A stretch of 64,000 nucleotides of DNA from Longibacter sp. (GCF_051155795.1 NZ_DAXETW010000086.1:43759-107758); one strand, 5' to 3'. Positions 41,344 through 51,217 are shown, numbered from the stretch's first letter. Numbers and translations are program-made. The notes: generated by a model not told the origin, from the sequence alone.

Positions 41344-43092
41344 TCAGCAGCCGGAGTGCTTCAGCAGGAATTGCTTGTGGTCGTCCACGCCGTAAAGCTC
41401 GGACTTGCACGCCAGGAACGGTCGCATCTCGTCCTCCGTGAAGATGCGTTCTGCATCCTCTGCTGCTTTGCGGAACCGCTTCACGTGCGTCTTGACGGCC
41501 TCGTCGCCGTAGGTGGCGAAAAACTCACGCGCCTCATCCTCGATCTTCTCCAGTTCCTCGTTGAAAATGCGGGCGATCAGGTCCTTCGTGACGGCGGTGC
41601 CGTCGTCCAGGGTCACGCCGTGACGCAGCCACTGCCAGATCTGAGCACGCGAGATCTCGAACGTGGCGAGATCCTCCATCCGGTTATCCCAGGCCACAGC
41701 GCCGATGTCTGAGTTCCATCCTTTCATGTAGCCAATGGAAACGCGCACGTTGACCCGGATGCCCTCGAGCGTCTTCGGGCCGACGCCACCTTTCGGGAGC
41801 AAGTCCGGCTGTGCCGGGATGTCAGGGATCACGTCGCGCTGATTCTTCTTGCCATCCGCGGCTAGCTTCTCCTTGAACGGCTGCATCGCCGGGCCAATGA
41901 AATACGGGTGGGAAACCCAGCAGCCGTCGTGCCCGATTGACGCCTCAAATTCTTTGTCCGCGACGACGCCGGCGACCTGTTTCTCGCGAAGCTCTTCCGT
42001 TTTACCGGGCGTCTGTGGAGCCATGCCGCCCATCCCGAATGCGTTGTGCTTGTGGCACACGCGGATCAGCTGTTTCACGTACATCTCCATCCATGGCCGC
42101 TGAATGTTGATCCAGTTGCGATCGGCCAGGACGCGGTCATCATGCTCCTTCAGGACCTTGATGTCGCTGAAGATCTTGTCCCATCGTCCCCCGTTGAGAC
42201 CGGCCGCGTGATCCCGATACTCGTAGAGGATCTCTTCCATCTGAAAGGCGGCGGTCAGCGTTTCGATCAAGAACGTCGCCTTAAACGTCGTACGCGGAAT
42301 GTTGAGCGCATCCTGTACTGCTTCGAAAAGCCGGTTGAACCAGCGTGCCTCGAGGTAGTGTTCGACTTTCGGAACGTAGTACTTCGGCGTTTTGCCCTCA
42401 TCGATCAGCGTCCGCGCCGTGTGGTACGCCACCGCCGCCAGATCCAGCAATGCGCCCGAAACGGGGGTCCCGTCGACGCGCAGGTTCGATTCGTCGAGGT
42501 GGAGACCGCGAATACGGACCATGAGAAGCGGCATGTCGGCCGGATCGAGGCTGTAGTCCTTCGCCGGGCGACCCTTGGCGGCCGGCCGGGAATAGGTCAG
42601 CGTGCCGTCGGCCGCCTCCTTCACGTTTCGCAGGCCGGCCAGAACATTATCCCACGCCGGCTTCATCGAGTCCTCGAAATCCAGCATCGCCGCGTCGGCC
42701 ATCTCGCCGTCGTCGTTCCGACTCAGCATGTTGATGACCATTTTCGCATTGTTGACCGGCCCGGTGATCTCAACGCGCCGCTGAAGCAGATCATCCGGGA
42801 GCGGGGCAACCTGCCAGTCCCCTCTCGCCTCCGGGTGTTCGTCGTCGGAGAGAAAGCCGGGACGTTCGCCCGCATCGAACGCAGCCTGTCGGTCTGCTCG
42901 CGCCTCCAGCAGATCCTGGCGATCCGATTCCATCGACCGGTGAATGGACGCGATGATCGACACGAGTTCGTCGGGGAAAAGCTCGCGTGCCTCGTCGGTC
43001 CAGGCATTCGCGTTGATGTCCACGCCGTCCGTGACGGACGTCCATTCGACGCTGGAAGTGTATGCCGCGGCATCGGGCGTTGATAGTGCCAT
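41344..43092 (-). CDS. aceB: Malate synthase A
   Basis: RRVEITGP, DFEDS, FLIET, GRWD, MGGMA, MEDLATFEISRAQIWQW. Start at ATG 43092. Confidence 0.93.
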   Translation of the reverse strand: MALSTPDAAAYTSSVEWTSVTDGVDINANAWTDEARELFPDELVSIIASIHRSMESDRQDLLEARADRQAAFDAGERPGFLSDDEHPEARGDWQVAPLPDDLLQRRVEITGPVNNAKMVINMLSRNDDGEMADAAMLDFEDSMKPAWDNVLAGLRNVKEAADGTLTYSRPAAKGRPAKDYSLDPADMPLLMVRIRGLHLDESNLRVDGTPVSGALLDLAAVAYHTARTLIDEGKTPKYYVPKVEHYLEARWFNRLFEAVQDALNIPRTTFKATFLIETLTAAFQMEEILYEYRDHAAGLNGGRWDKIFSDIKVLKEHDDRVLADRNWINIQRPWMEMYVKQLIRVCHKHNAFGMGGMAPQTPGKTEELREKQVAGVVADKEFEASIGHDGCWVSHPYFIGPAMQPFKEKLAADGKKNQRDVIPDIPAQPDLLPKGGVGPKTLEGIRVNVRVSIGYMKGWNSDIGAVAWDNRMEDLATFEISRAQIWQWLRHGVTLDDGTAVTKDLIARIFNEELEKIEDEAREFFATYGDEAVKTHVKRFRKAAEDAERIFTEDEMRPFLACKSELYGVDDHKQFLLKHSGC

Positions 43093-43323
43093 GTCGTTAC
43101 CTGGGGTCAAAGAGAATACGGGCGGAAAAGAACCGGGCGTCACCGAAACGGCGCGTCATCGAGATCGGACATCGTCGAAACGGACCGTCACCGACCAGGC
43201 GCGGTCCCGCAAGGTTGGAACCGCTTCCATCCCGGTCTACGAGACGTGTGGCCGTTTGAACCACGTTGGCGTGCACGTGTCTTCATGCGATTCAAACAAT
43301 ACACGTTCACGCGATCTCTGTCA

Positions 43324-43415
43324 AGCGAAATTTCGCTGGCAAAGGAAATTCGTTATATTCGTTGTTTTCTTCACACGTGCTTTATATACTTTCGCTGTGA
43401 GCGAACGATTTTCGC
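43324..43415. promoter_or_regulatory. GCGAA/TTCGC palindromic operator cluster in the aceB / regulator divergent region
   Basis: AGCGAAATTTCGCT (43324-43337), TTCGC-N5-GCGAA (43391-43405), GCGAA-N5-TTCGC (43401-43415). Confidence 0.55.
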
Positions 43416-43593
43416 ATCGGTCGGTGTGAACGGCGTTGCATCGTTGGTGTCGTCTCACCGGACTGCATTTTAGCGTCGGGTTCCGCCCGATGCGCCGCAT
43501 GCGTTTCCTGCTCCACCGGCGTCATCCATCGATACCGCCTCATCGGGGCTCCCTCGCCTCCCGTCACGATCGCTCCCCACGCCCCAACCGCGC

Positions 43594-45120
43594 ATGGCTG
43601 TCAGCAGTGAAAACCTTCGATTCATCCTCGGCCTCAAGCTTCGAACGCTCCGGCAGGAACGGGGGGCCTCACTCAAGGATGTGGCCGAACGCTCCGGTCT
43701 CAGCATCTCTTACCTGAGTGAAATCGAGAAGGGGAAAAAGTACCCGAAGCCAGACAAAATCATCGACCTGGCGAACGCCCTTGGTGTTGCGTACGACGAC
43801 CTCGTGTCGATGTCGGTAACGGACGAACTCGATCCAATTAAGGAGGTCTTCTCCTCGACCTTCATCCAGGAGTTTCCGTTCGAGGTGTTCGGGCTGGAGC
43901 CGCAGGACGTCTTTGCCCTGGTGTCGGATCGTCCCTCCCGCGCCGGTGCCCTCATCCGGACCTTTCTGGAGATCGGGCGCACCTACGACATGCAGGTGGA
44001 GCACTTTCTCTTCGCCGCTCTCCGCTCCTACCAGCAGCTGCACGGCAACTACTTCGAGGAACTCGAGGAGATGGCGCAGGACTACCGCCGGCAGAAAGAG
44101 TGGGGCGCCGGCACGTCGATTCCTCACGAAGCGCTCTACGCGGTGCTCGTGGACGAGTACGACTACAGCGTCGACCTCAATACCCTTCCGGACCATCCCG
44201 AATTGTCCGGTTTTCGGTCCGTCTACGTCGACGGCGCGTCACCAACGCTGCTTCTGAACGGGGACCTGATGGACATACAGCGGGCCTTTATATACGCCCG
44301 CGAGATCGGCTATTGCCTGATGGACGTGGACGAACGGGCGCGGACATCGTCCTGGCTGAAGGTTGAAAGCTACGAACAGGTCCTCAATAATTTTCGCGCA
44401 TCCTATTTTGCCGGCGCGCTCCTGATCGACCGCGACCCGTTGCTTGAGCACCTCCGACGGATCTTCTCGCAGCCTCGCTGGGACGGCGACGCGCTACGCG
44501 AATGCATGGCCCGCTTCGACGCCACGCCGGAGATGTTCTACTACCGCCTGACGGAGGTCGTCCCGCACTTCTTCGGTCTGGACGACATCTTCTTCATGCG
44601 CTTCCACCACGACGCCGGATCGTCCGACTTTCAGCTGACAAAGCTGCTTAACATGTCTCAAGTGCCGGTTCCGCACGGCATCGGCCTGCGGGAGCATTAC
44701 TGCCGGCGATGGCCGGCGATGCGTTTGCTCGAGCGATTGTCCGATGAGCAGCACAACGGCGCCACGAGCCGAGAGCCGACGGCCCCGCCCCGCATCCGGG
44801 CGCAACGGTCGCACTATCTGAATGACGAAGCGGAGTTCTTCGTCCTTTCCTCGGCGCGCCCCCTTGCCCTTCAGCCAACGACCAATTCGTGCGTCTCGCT
44901 GGGCTTCCTGATCAATGACGACTTCAAGCGTCACGTCCAGTTCTGGAACGACGATAGCATCCCGCGGCTGGATGTCAACCTGACGTGCGAACGCTGCCCG
45001 TTATCCCCTGCTCAGTGCGAGGATCGGGTCGCACCGCCCACCCTGCACGAGGCGGAACGCTCGCAGCAGCGTCGCGAAAACGCCCTGGCTGAACTGACCG
45101 CCTCCATCCGCGACGCATGA
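43594..45120 (+). CDS. XRE-family short-chain acyl-CoA regulator (ScfR/RamB/PrpR-like)
   Basis: N-terminal HTH (SLKDVAERSGLSISYLSEIEKGKK), HYCRRW and CERC-x6-C Cys cluster; divergent from aceBA. Confidence 0.85.
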   Translation: MAVSSENLRFILGLKLRTLRQERGASLKDVAERSGLSISYLSEIEKGKKYPKPDKIIDLANALGVAYDDLVSMSVTDELDPIKEVFSSTFIQEFPFEVFGLEPQDVFALVSDRPSRAGALIRTFLEIGRTYDMQVEHFLFAALRSYQQLHGNYFEELEEMAQDYRRQKEWGAGTSIPHEALYAVLVDEYDYSVDLNTLPDHPELSGFRSVYVDGASPTLLLNGDLMDIQRAFIYAREIGYCLMDVDERARTSSWLKVESYEQVLNNFRASYFAGALLIDRDPLLEHLRRIFSQPRWDGDALRECMARFDATPEMFYYRLTEVVPHFFGLDDIFFMRFHHDAGSSDFQLTKLLNMSQVPVPHGIGLREHYCRRWPAMRLLERLSDEQHNGATSREPTAPPRIRAQRSHYLNDEAEFFVLSSARPLALQPTTNSCVSLGFLINDDFKRHVQFWNDDSIPRLDVNLTCERCPLSPAQCEDRVAPPTLHEAERSQQRRENALAELTASIRDA

Positions 45121-45136
45121 CCTATCCCCTGCACTG

Positions 45137-45208
45137 CGGTGCAGCCCCGCGCGACGGTGCATGTCCGCGCGACGGCGCATCCCCGTACAAGGATGTATCC
45201 CCGCGCCA
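45137..45208. repeat. Degenerate 4 x 18-bp tandem repeat
   Basis: CGGTGCAGCCCCGCGCGA / CGGTGCATGTCCGCGCGA / CGGCGCATCCCCGTACAA / GGATGTATCCCCGCGCCA. Confidence 0.65.
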
Positions 45209-45289
45209 CAGAAGCGTGCGATACACCTCTCCTGCGGCCCTCCCCACAGACGAAGCCGCAGCCCAAGCACCAGGCTGAGCCCGGTGGGG

Positions 45290-46006
45290 TTAGTAACGCT
45301 TCAATCGGGCCCACACGCGACCGATGATTTCGATATCCAGGTCGTCGTCGTCCACAACGAAGTCGTAGGTCTCGTACTTCTCGTTGGCGGACACCACCTT
45401 CACCGTACGCTTCGGCTGCCGCATCAGGCGCTTAACCTGAATGCTCTCCTCCAGCCGGTAAAGGTAGACCCCGTCGCTCGGGATCAACTGATGGTCGGGC
45501 GTCGACACCGGCTGAATGATGAGCCGATCCCCGGAGCGAAATTCAGGGTCCATTGAGTCGCCAATCACGGGAATCACGAACAACTCTTCCCGATCCACAT
45601 CCGCATGGCTGACCTCGGCCGGATCGACGTGATAACGGCCCTTCTCCATACGCTCCGCGACGTAACGACCGTTTTGTCTCGTCACCTCGAACCTGCAGTA
45701 TTCCAGGGATACATCCTGCAGCGCGTATCCGGCGGATTCTTCGGTGACGGCAGGCTCGAGAAACGTCACACCCTGGTTTTTCAGATACGCCTTCAAATCG
45801 TCGAGAAGGGCTGCATCGATCTTGACGGTCTTCCCTTTCAGGATGCGATCGAGCTTGCTGCGACCGGCATCGTCATAGCCGAGAGAGGTGGCCATCTTCC
45901 GGACATTTCCTCCAAACTGCTCCTGACAGACGTGATTCAACCATTCTCGGGTCTCCTCCCGGACTTCTTTGATCGAACGTGGCGGACGGTACGTTGATAC
46001 TGACAT
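45290..46006 (-). CDS. HTH + S24 peptidase repressor (cI/LexA-like)
   Basis: GDSMDP (catalytic Ser) and VKRL (Lys); N-terminal HTH-like segment; candidate Ala-Gly site ESAGY. Confidence 0.85.
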   Translation of the reverse strand: MSVSTYRPPRSIKEVREETREWLNHVCQEQFGGNVRKMATSLGYDDAGRSKLDRILKGKTVKIDAALLDDLKAYLKNQGVTFLEPAVTEESAGYALQDVSLEYCRFEVTRQNGRYVAERMEKGRYHVDPAEVSHADVDREELFVIPVIGDSMDPEFRSGDRLIIQPVSTPDHQLIPSDGVYLYRLEESIQVKRLMRQPKRTVKVVSANEKYETYDFVVDDDDLDIEIIGRVWARLKRY

Positions 46007-46212
46007 AAATCAACATGGAAACGAGTGGGGCTACAGGCGTCGTTTGTCCCATCCGTTGCGAAAGAAGGTTGACGAGGCTCCGGCCACCATGACTGCACCG
46101 GGAGGGCATCCTTCACACGCGCTTTCGAGGTCCTGCTGAGTGTATGCGTCGCGTGTGAGCGGACGAACGGATAATGTCGTTCCCGTCGGTTCTTCTTTTA
46201 GACGGATACTGT

Positions 46213-46242
46213 AGTATACAACATGGCATCCGATTCGGTCAA
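46213..46242 (-). promoter_or_regulatory. Possible sigma-70 promoter (TTGACC-N18-TATACT) for the S24 repressor
   Basis: Boxes on the minus strand; overlapping small palindrome ATACT-GT-AGTAT at 46206-46217. Confidence 0.4.
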
Positions 46243-46394
46243 TATTCCGGGCGAACGCGTGCCAAAATCGCGATGACCGTTGCTTTGGACGGCGCGACGT
46301 GCCTTGGAGAGATGGCGTATCCAACGTTCGCGAAATGTCAGACGCGGCCGTTCCGTACGACTTCTCAGGGCACGGTCGCCTCTATGGGTGCTTC

Positions 46395-49283
46395 TCAAGG
46401 CGCACCGGGAAGTTCGTCCCCTTCCTCGAGCTTCGGCGATCCATCTCCTGCAACGGCCGTCCCCGTCGACGCGCCATCTCCGTGGGTGATCGCGGGCATG
46501 GCGGCCGCCGCGGGCCGATCCTCCGCCACCGCCGGATCAAGGCGCGGATCGTCCACGGTGGAAAGGTAGTCCCGGGCATCCGCGGGTGTCTTGATCTTCA
46601 AGTCGAAGTGTTTTTCGCCGTATTCGACCGCCTTCGCTCCGGACGGGTCGTCCAGCAGCGGAAGCAGAATCCGACTCATCGAATAGTCCACGAGGTTGTC
46701 TACGAACTCGATCGCGCTGGATCGTAGCGTCTGATCGTCGCTCGTCAGCCCGAGATAGGCATCGTACACGTCGCGTTGGTCGTACTGCAACCCGAGGAGA
46801 CGGAAGGTCCGTTCCAGACTGCGCTTCCGCGCTTCTCGTACAGCCGATCGGTCGGCCGCACCGAGCACGTCCCGGTTGGTGCGCTGAAGCAGATGCAGGA
46901 CCTGCCCGAGCGCGGCATACCGCTCGATTTCGCGCCGGACCGCACGTGCGATTTCTTCCGTCGAGAACGATCCATACCCCGATGCGTGGAGGCGACTCAG
47001 CGCGCGCACAATCGCGTGCTGAACGGGCACGGGGACGTCCGGCAGCGCAGCCACCAGCACCGTCATCGCCAGATCGTTCTGCAGGTCGGTCAGGATCCGT
47101 GGCACTTGAACGCGAACGTCCATGTTTACCCGGGCGTCTACCATCACGTCGTAAAGCGTCCCGAGAATTCGATCACCGAAAAGAGCCAACGCCTCCCGGG
47201 CCGCTTCTTCAAACCGCTCCTGCTTCAGGCGGACGAGGAGGGGATGAACGAACGCCCGCTCCCCACTCCGCCCGGCCGCCTGAATCGCGCCTTCGACGAC
47301 CTGATCCGACGGATCGAATAGAAGCGCGTGTAGCATCTCGATGCGATAGGGCCGGTCGATCACGCCCAGAATGCGCGCGACGTGCGTCCGGGCATCTTCG
47401 CCTGCTGCCCCCGGCACCTCCATCAGATGCCGAAGCGTTGCCTCGGTGATCAAGCGATACGTTTCCGGGCTGCCTTCCTCCGCGATCAGGCCGACAGCCG
47501 CTGCCCGAATGCGGACGTCGTCGTGTGCGAGGGCCTCCTTCAGCCGCTCGATCCGCTCCCCGCTCTGACAGTACAGGTACCGCGCTGCCTCGAGTTGAAC
47601 ATCCGGGTCCGGATCCGTCAGTGCTTCCACAATCTCGGCACCGAGACCCTCGACGGTACGCACGCGGAGAACACGAATGGCGTGGGCGCGGACTTCGGAA
47701 GAGTGATGATCAAAAAGGCACACGAGCGCGTCGACCGGCACCGTCTCCTCCCCTTCTTCAAGCTGCGTCAGCGCCGCGAGCGTTTCTCGCTCACTTCGGC
47801 TGCAGAGCGACTCAAGCAGTTCGTCCAGCGTTTCCGAGACACGGGCTTCCGCCTCGTCAGTCGAATCGTTTTCCTCCTGCCGGCGAAGACGTTTCCGAAA
47901 CTCATCCACATAGGATCGCCGGGCCAGGTAGGCGATGGTGCCCCAGCCCATGATAAGCACAGCAACCACGCCCCCGAGATCGGCGGTCGAAAAGCCGAGG
48001 ACGGCGGTGAAGAGCAGCAGGAGGCCGCCCGCCACTCCCTGCGCGCCCTGATCCACGAACAGATCGACGAACACCTTCACCTTTTTCTTCTTCTGTAGTG
48101 ACACGGGGACGAACAGCAGCTCACGACCCGTCTTGTCGATGCTATGCTTGAGCGTCTGGTCGGCCCCTCGCAGGGCCACGCCGGCGACGAGACCTGGGAC
48201 TAGGACCATCGCAATTGTGCCACCCGCGAGGGCCAGCGGAAGAACGGAGAGCGCGCCCCCGATACCCAGGACCCGGATGAGTCGGGGCGCGATGAGAAAC
48301 TGAACAACCAGCGCGACCAGGCTCACGCGACCGTAAAACCGACCCATGAAGGACGTCAGGGCGTCCTCGGCGGCAAAGGCCTGGGCGGCTACGGTCTTAA
48401 ACTGAAAATCGACGAACGTGGAGGTCACCACCATGATGGCGATCACCCCGACGATGAGTCGTAGGTGCCGCGAGTTACGAATGATACTCCAGGCTTCCCA
48501 GCTGCCGGAGGGACGCGCCGCCATCTGTGTCGACGCTTCATGCTCTTCCGCCGTGTGCGTCGCCTCCTCCGGGTCCGGCTCGCCATCGTTGACGGCAACG
48601 GCCCGCGTCGATTCATCCCTGTCACCGTCGACGGCTGTGGCGGACGAGGGGTACGTACCGCCATCGACCGTCCCCCCGCGATGGCGATGTCGTGCCCGAA
48701 TCCACCGGCTCAGCACAACCGACCCGACCAGCAGGAAGGAGGCGACGAACAGCAACGTACGGCTGTGGATTTCCGCGACATTGACGAGAAGACCCGTCAT
48801 CTCCCCGCCGGCGACGGCGCCGAGAATAGCACCTGCGCTCAGCACCGTGAAGACCCGCTTCGCCTGGGAGGCGCCGAAAATGGCGTTTGCGAGCAGCCAG
48901 AACTGCGACGTGACGAGCAGACTGAAAATGCTCACCCACGCATAGAGAAGATACGGGACCCACGAGGCCTCCGTCGTCAACAGCCAGTACAGTCCGACCA
49001 GATTAGCTGCAAGAAACAGCGTCACCCCGTCGACGAGCCGGCCAATCCGCATGGTCTGACCGACCCGAGTATGCAGGATAACGACCGGTACGACAAGCAC
49101 CGTCGTCAGAATGAACACATACGGCAGTTCTTCCGGCCCGCGTCCCGCCAGAAACAGGCTGTCCCGCACCGGCTTCAGCAGGTACAGGATGATCAGCAGG
49201 AGGAAGTGATAGGCGGCCATGAGCAGCGCCATTTCCCTCTCACCCTTCTGGAGGCCCAGCAATGATGCGAGAAGGCGTGCCAT
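46395..49283 (-). CDS. NTT/TLC (Npt1/Npt2-like ATP/ADP translocase) family transporter with C-terminal HEAT repeats
   Basis: About 12 TMs with LLKPVRDSLFL, SQFWLLAN..F...QAKR, DFQFK, KHSIDKTGRELLFVP; followed by HEAT-like repeats (LTDPDPDVQLEAARYL, LAHDDVRIRAAAVGL). Confidence 0.85.
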   Translation of the reverse strand: MARLLASLLGLQKGEREMALLMAAYHFLLLIILYLLKPVRDSLFLAGRGPEELPYVFILTTVLVVPVVILHTRVGQTMRIGRLVDGVTLFLAANLVGLYWLLTTEASWVPYLLYAWVSIFSLLVTSQFWLLANAIFGASQAKRVFTVLSAGAILGAVAGGEMTGLLVNVAEIHSRTLLFVASFLLVGSVVLSRWIRARHRHRGGTVDGGTYPSSATAVDGDRDESTRAVAVNDGEPDPEEATHTAEEHEASTQMAARPSGSWEAWSIIRNSRHLRLIVGVIAIMVVTSTFVDFQFKTVAAQAFAAEDALTSFMGRFYGRVSLVALVVQFLIAPRLIRVLGIGGALSVLPLALAGGTIAMVLVPGLVAGVALRGADQTLKHSIDKTGRELLFVPVSLQKKKKVKVFVDLFVDQGAQGVAGGLLLLFTAVLGFSTADLGGVVAVLIMGWGTIAYLARRSYVDEFRKRLRRQEENDSTDEAEARVSETLDELLESLCSRSERETLAALTQLEEGEETVPVDALVCLFDHHSSEVRAHAIRVLRVRTVEGLGAEIVEALTDPDPDVQLEAARYLYCQSGERIERLKEALAHDDVRIRAAAVGLIAEEGSPETYRLITEATLRHLMEVPGAAGEDARTHVARILGVIDRPYRIEMLHALLFDPSDQVVEGAIQAAGRSGERAFVHPLLVRLKQERFEEAAREALALFGDRILGTLYDVMVDARVNMDVRVQVPRILTDLQNDLAMTVLVAALPDVPVPVQHAIVRALSRLHASGYGSFSTEEIARAVRREIERYAALGQVLHLLQRTNRDVLGAADRSAVREARKRSLERTFRLLGLQYDQRDVYDAYLGLTSDDQTLRSSAIEFVDNLVDYSMSRILLPLLDDPSGAKAVEYGEKHFDLKIKTPADARDYLSTVDDPRLDPAVAEDRPAAAAMPAITHGDGASTGTAVAGDGSPKLEEGDELPGAP

Positions 49284-49402
49284 AGTGTGGAGCGGGAGTC
49301 GGCCGAGACGAAGAGTCGCTGCTTGAAGTCAATCCAACGAGGGCGTTGCAGGAAAAGGTTTCCCACGTGCGTGACGAAGCGGTCTCGTGGCGGGGCCTGC
49401 CG

Positions 49403-51217
49403 CTACTGCCGCTCGATGCCGACCACCCGGACTGCGTCCGGCTCGATGTCTGCGCGGTCAAACACGGATCGAACGTTCGGCGGCGGTGCGGGAGATGAGG
49501 GAACGTACACGTAGATGTCGACGGGCGGCGGCCGGACGATGTCGCACGCGTACACCGGCTGAATCTCGACCTTGACGACACGTCGATTCGGGCCGTTCGC
49601 CCCCTTGTCGTCCAGCCAGTCCACCATCGATCGGCTATCAGCCCGCAGAGGAACGACCGGCTCCGTCGCCTCCCCCTGCGCGATCACACGCTCGCTGTGC
49701 CGGAGGCGGTACCGGTACGATGTGCCGGCCGATTCGTGCAGACCGCCGTCGACGGACAGGTCGCTGAACCGAAGCATCGGCCCCTCTGCCGTTGTCAGGG
49801 CGAGCCGGAACCGGTCAAGCGGAGCCACACGGTGAAACCAGTACCGGCCCGTCATGTCGCGACGTTCGGCCAGGATGCGGAGCAGGTAGTCTTCCGCCTC
49901 CGGATTCGACATCTCCGCCGCATCGACGACCGCATCGAGATCCGCGTCGCTGAAGGCCATTACCTGCTTCGCGCCCCAGAAGGCATCGCGGCGCGTGAGT
50001 TTCTCGAACGCAGGATTCGGATACGTGGGGACCCACCGGCCCGGTTTAAATACGTCGGACCGCCAGTACCCCACGGACGGATACTGCGCCGTGCCGTCCT
50101 CATCCCACCACCAGAACGGAAACAATCCTCCGCTGACCAGGGCGAGCGGAATGAGGCGATGATCGATCATATACGCCTGCCCGTGGATCGGGCGGTGCGG
50201 TGCACCGGTGTTCGCACCAAGCGTGGAGCTCATATCCTGAACGTAGTGCTTAATGTACTCCTGGTCCGTGTAAACGGCCAGCGTATTTGCTGCCCGTCGA
50301 TCCGTATCGTTCAGCCAGGCGCTCAGCACCCGCAGACCGCGAAGCTCGCGACGATCCTCGTGCCGGACCCGGTCGTTCGGATCGTCCCCCCGTCGACCAC
50401 GAAAATTCCACGGCCCCAGCACCTGCCCGTCGACAAAGCGGCTCGCCATCACCCGGATCTTCCCATCGGCACGGCGCGGCTGGCCCTCGAGCACGGACTG
50501 GACGTCGTCCGGACGCATCGGTCGCCGGTCGTTTCCGTCCCGAACCGTCGCTTCCTCGCCGATCTGGATTTGATCCGGATGGAAATAAGCGATGGTGTTT
50601 TCCGGGACGTGATAGCCGGCCGCATGGAAGATCTTTGTCGCGATCACCTCGGCGGAAGAAGCCAGCTCCGGGTAGGCGGGCTTGTCGAACTTGAGCAGGT
50701 AGCGGACGCCTCGCGCGTCCTCGATGAAGAATCCGGACGCCGCGCCGACGGATTTTCCACGCCAGATCGTCCACGTCCCGGTCGTGTCAGGGCCGGCGTC
50801 CGGTCGACCGTCCGTATTCGGTCCAACCGCGAGTTCGTCCGGGCCCATGGGCCGGTAGTAGTGCCGCGGCTCCCACCAGCTGGATCGCGGTGGCTCATCG
50901 AAGACATTGACATTCACCGCTTCTCTCTCCCCGTCCGTCACGCCGGCCAGCGCGCCGATTTTCCGTCCTGTCCATGCCAGGTTGAGCGGCTTCTTGACCT
51001 GATGGAAGAGCGTCAGATCGACGCGATCCCAGTAAAAGTTCTGCTCGATTTCCCGGGGTTCAGGAATTGGGCGGCGATCGGGATCTTCCGTCTTGACCGG
51101 GCCGAGCGTGTACGGTCTCGACGAGCCGCAGCCACTCGCGGCGGCCGCAACGAGGACCAGCACGAGAAGCCAGCGGCCCGGTCCTACCGACAGGCGGGGA
51201 AGGAGCGAAGAAGCCAT
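49403..51217 (-). CDS. Lipoprotein with atypical (PI3K/HipA-like) kinase-fold motifs
   Basis: Lipobox AASG|C; GKSVGAASGF, YLLKFD, AEVIA, WLNDTDRRAAN, VQDMSSTLG. Confidence 0.72.
   Translation of the reverse strand: MASSLLPRLSVGPGRWLLVLVLVAAAASGCGSSRPYTLGPVKTEDPDRRPIPEPREIEQNFYWDRVDLTLFHQVKKPLNLAWTGRKIGALAGVTDGEREAVNVNVFDEPPRSSWWEPRHYYRPMGPDELAVGPNTDGRPDAGPDTTGTWTIWRGKSVGAASGFFIEDARGVRYLLKFDKPAYPELASSAEVIATKIFHAAGYHVPENTIAYFHPDQIQIGEEATVRDGNDRRPMRPDDVQSVLEGQPRRADGKIRVMASRFVDGQVLGPWNFRGRRGDDPNDRVRHEDRRELRGLRVLSAWLNDTDRRAANTLAVYTDQEYIKHYVQDMSSTLGANTGAPHRPIHGQAYMIDHRLIPLALVSGGLFPFWWWDEDGTAQYPSVGYWRSDVFKPGRWVPTYPNPAFEKLTRRDAFWGAKQVMAFSDADLDAVVDAAEMSNPEAEDYLLRILAERRDMTGRYWFHRVAPLDRFRLALTTAEGPMLRFSDLSVDGGLHESAGTSYRYRLRHSERVIAQGEATEPVVPLRADSRSMVDWLDDKGANGPNRRVVKVEIQPVYACDIVRPPPVDIYVYVPSSPAPPPNVRSVFDRADIEPDAVRVVGIERQ

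Noticed and set aside
45137-45208. Resemblance of GTATCCCCGCGCCA to type I-E CRISPR repeats
   Set aside because: Units are contiguous 18-mers with no spacers, and there are no cas genes.
46251-46265. Sigma-54-like TTGGCACGCGTTCGC on the minus strand
   Set aside because: GG-GC spacing is 9 nt instead of the required 10.
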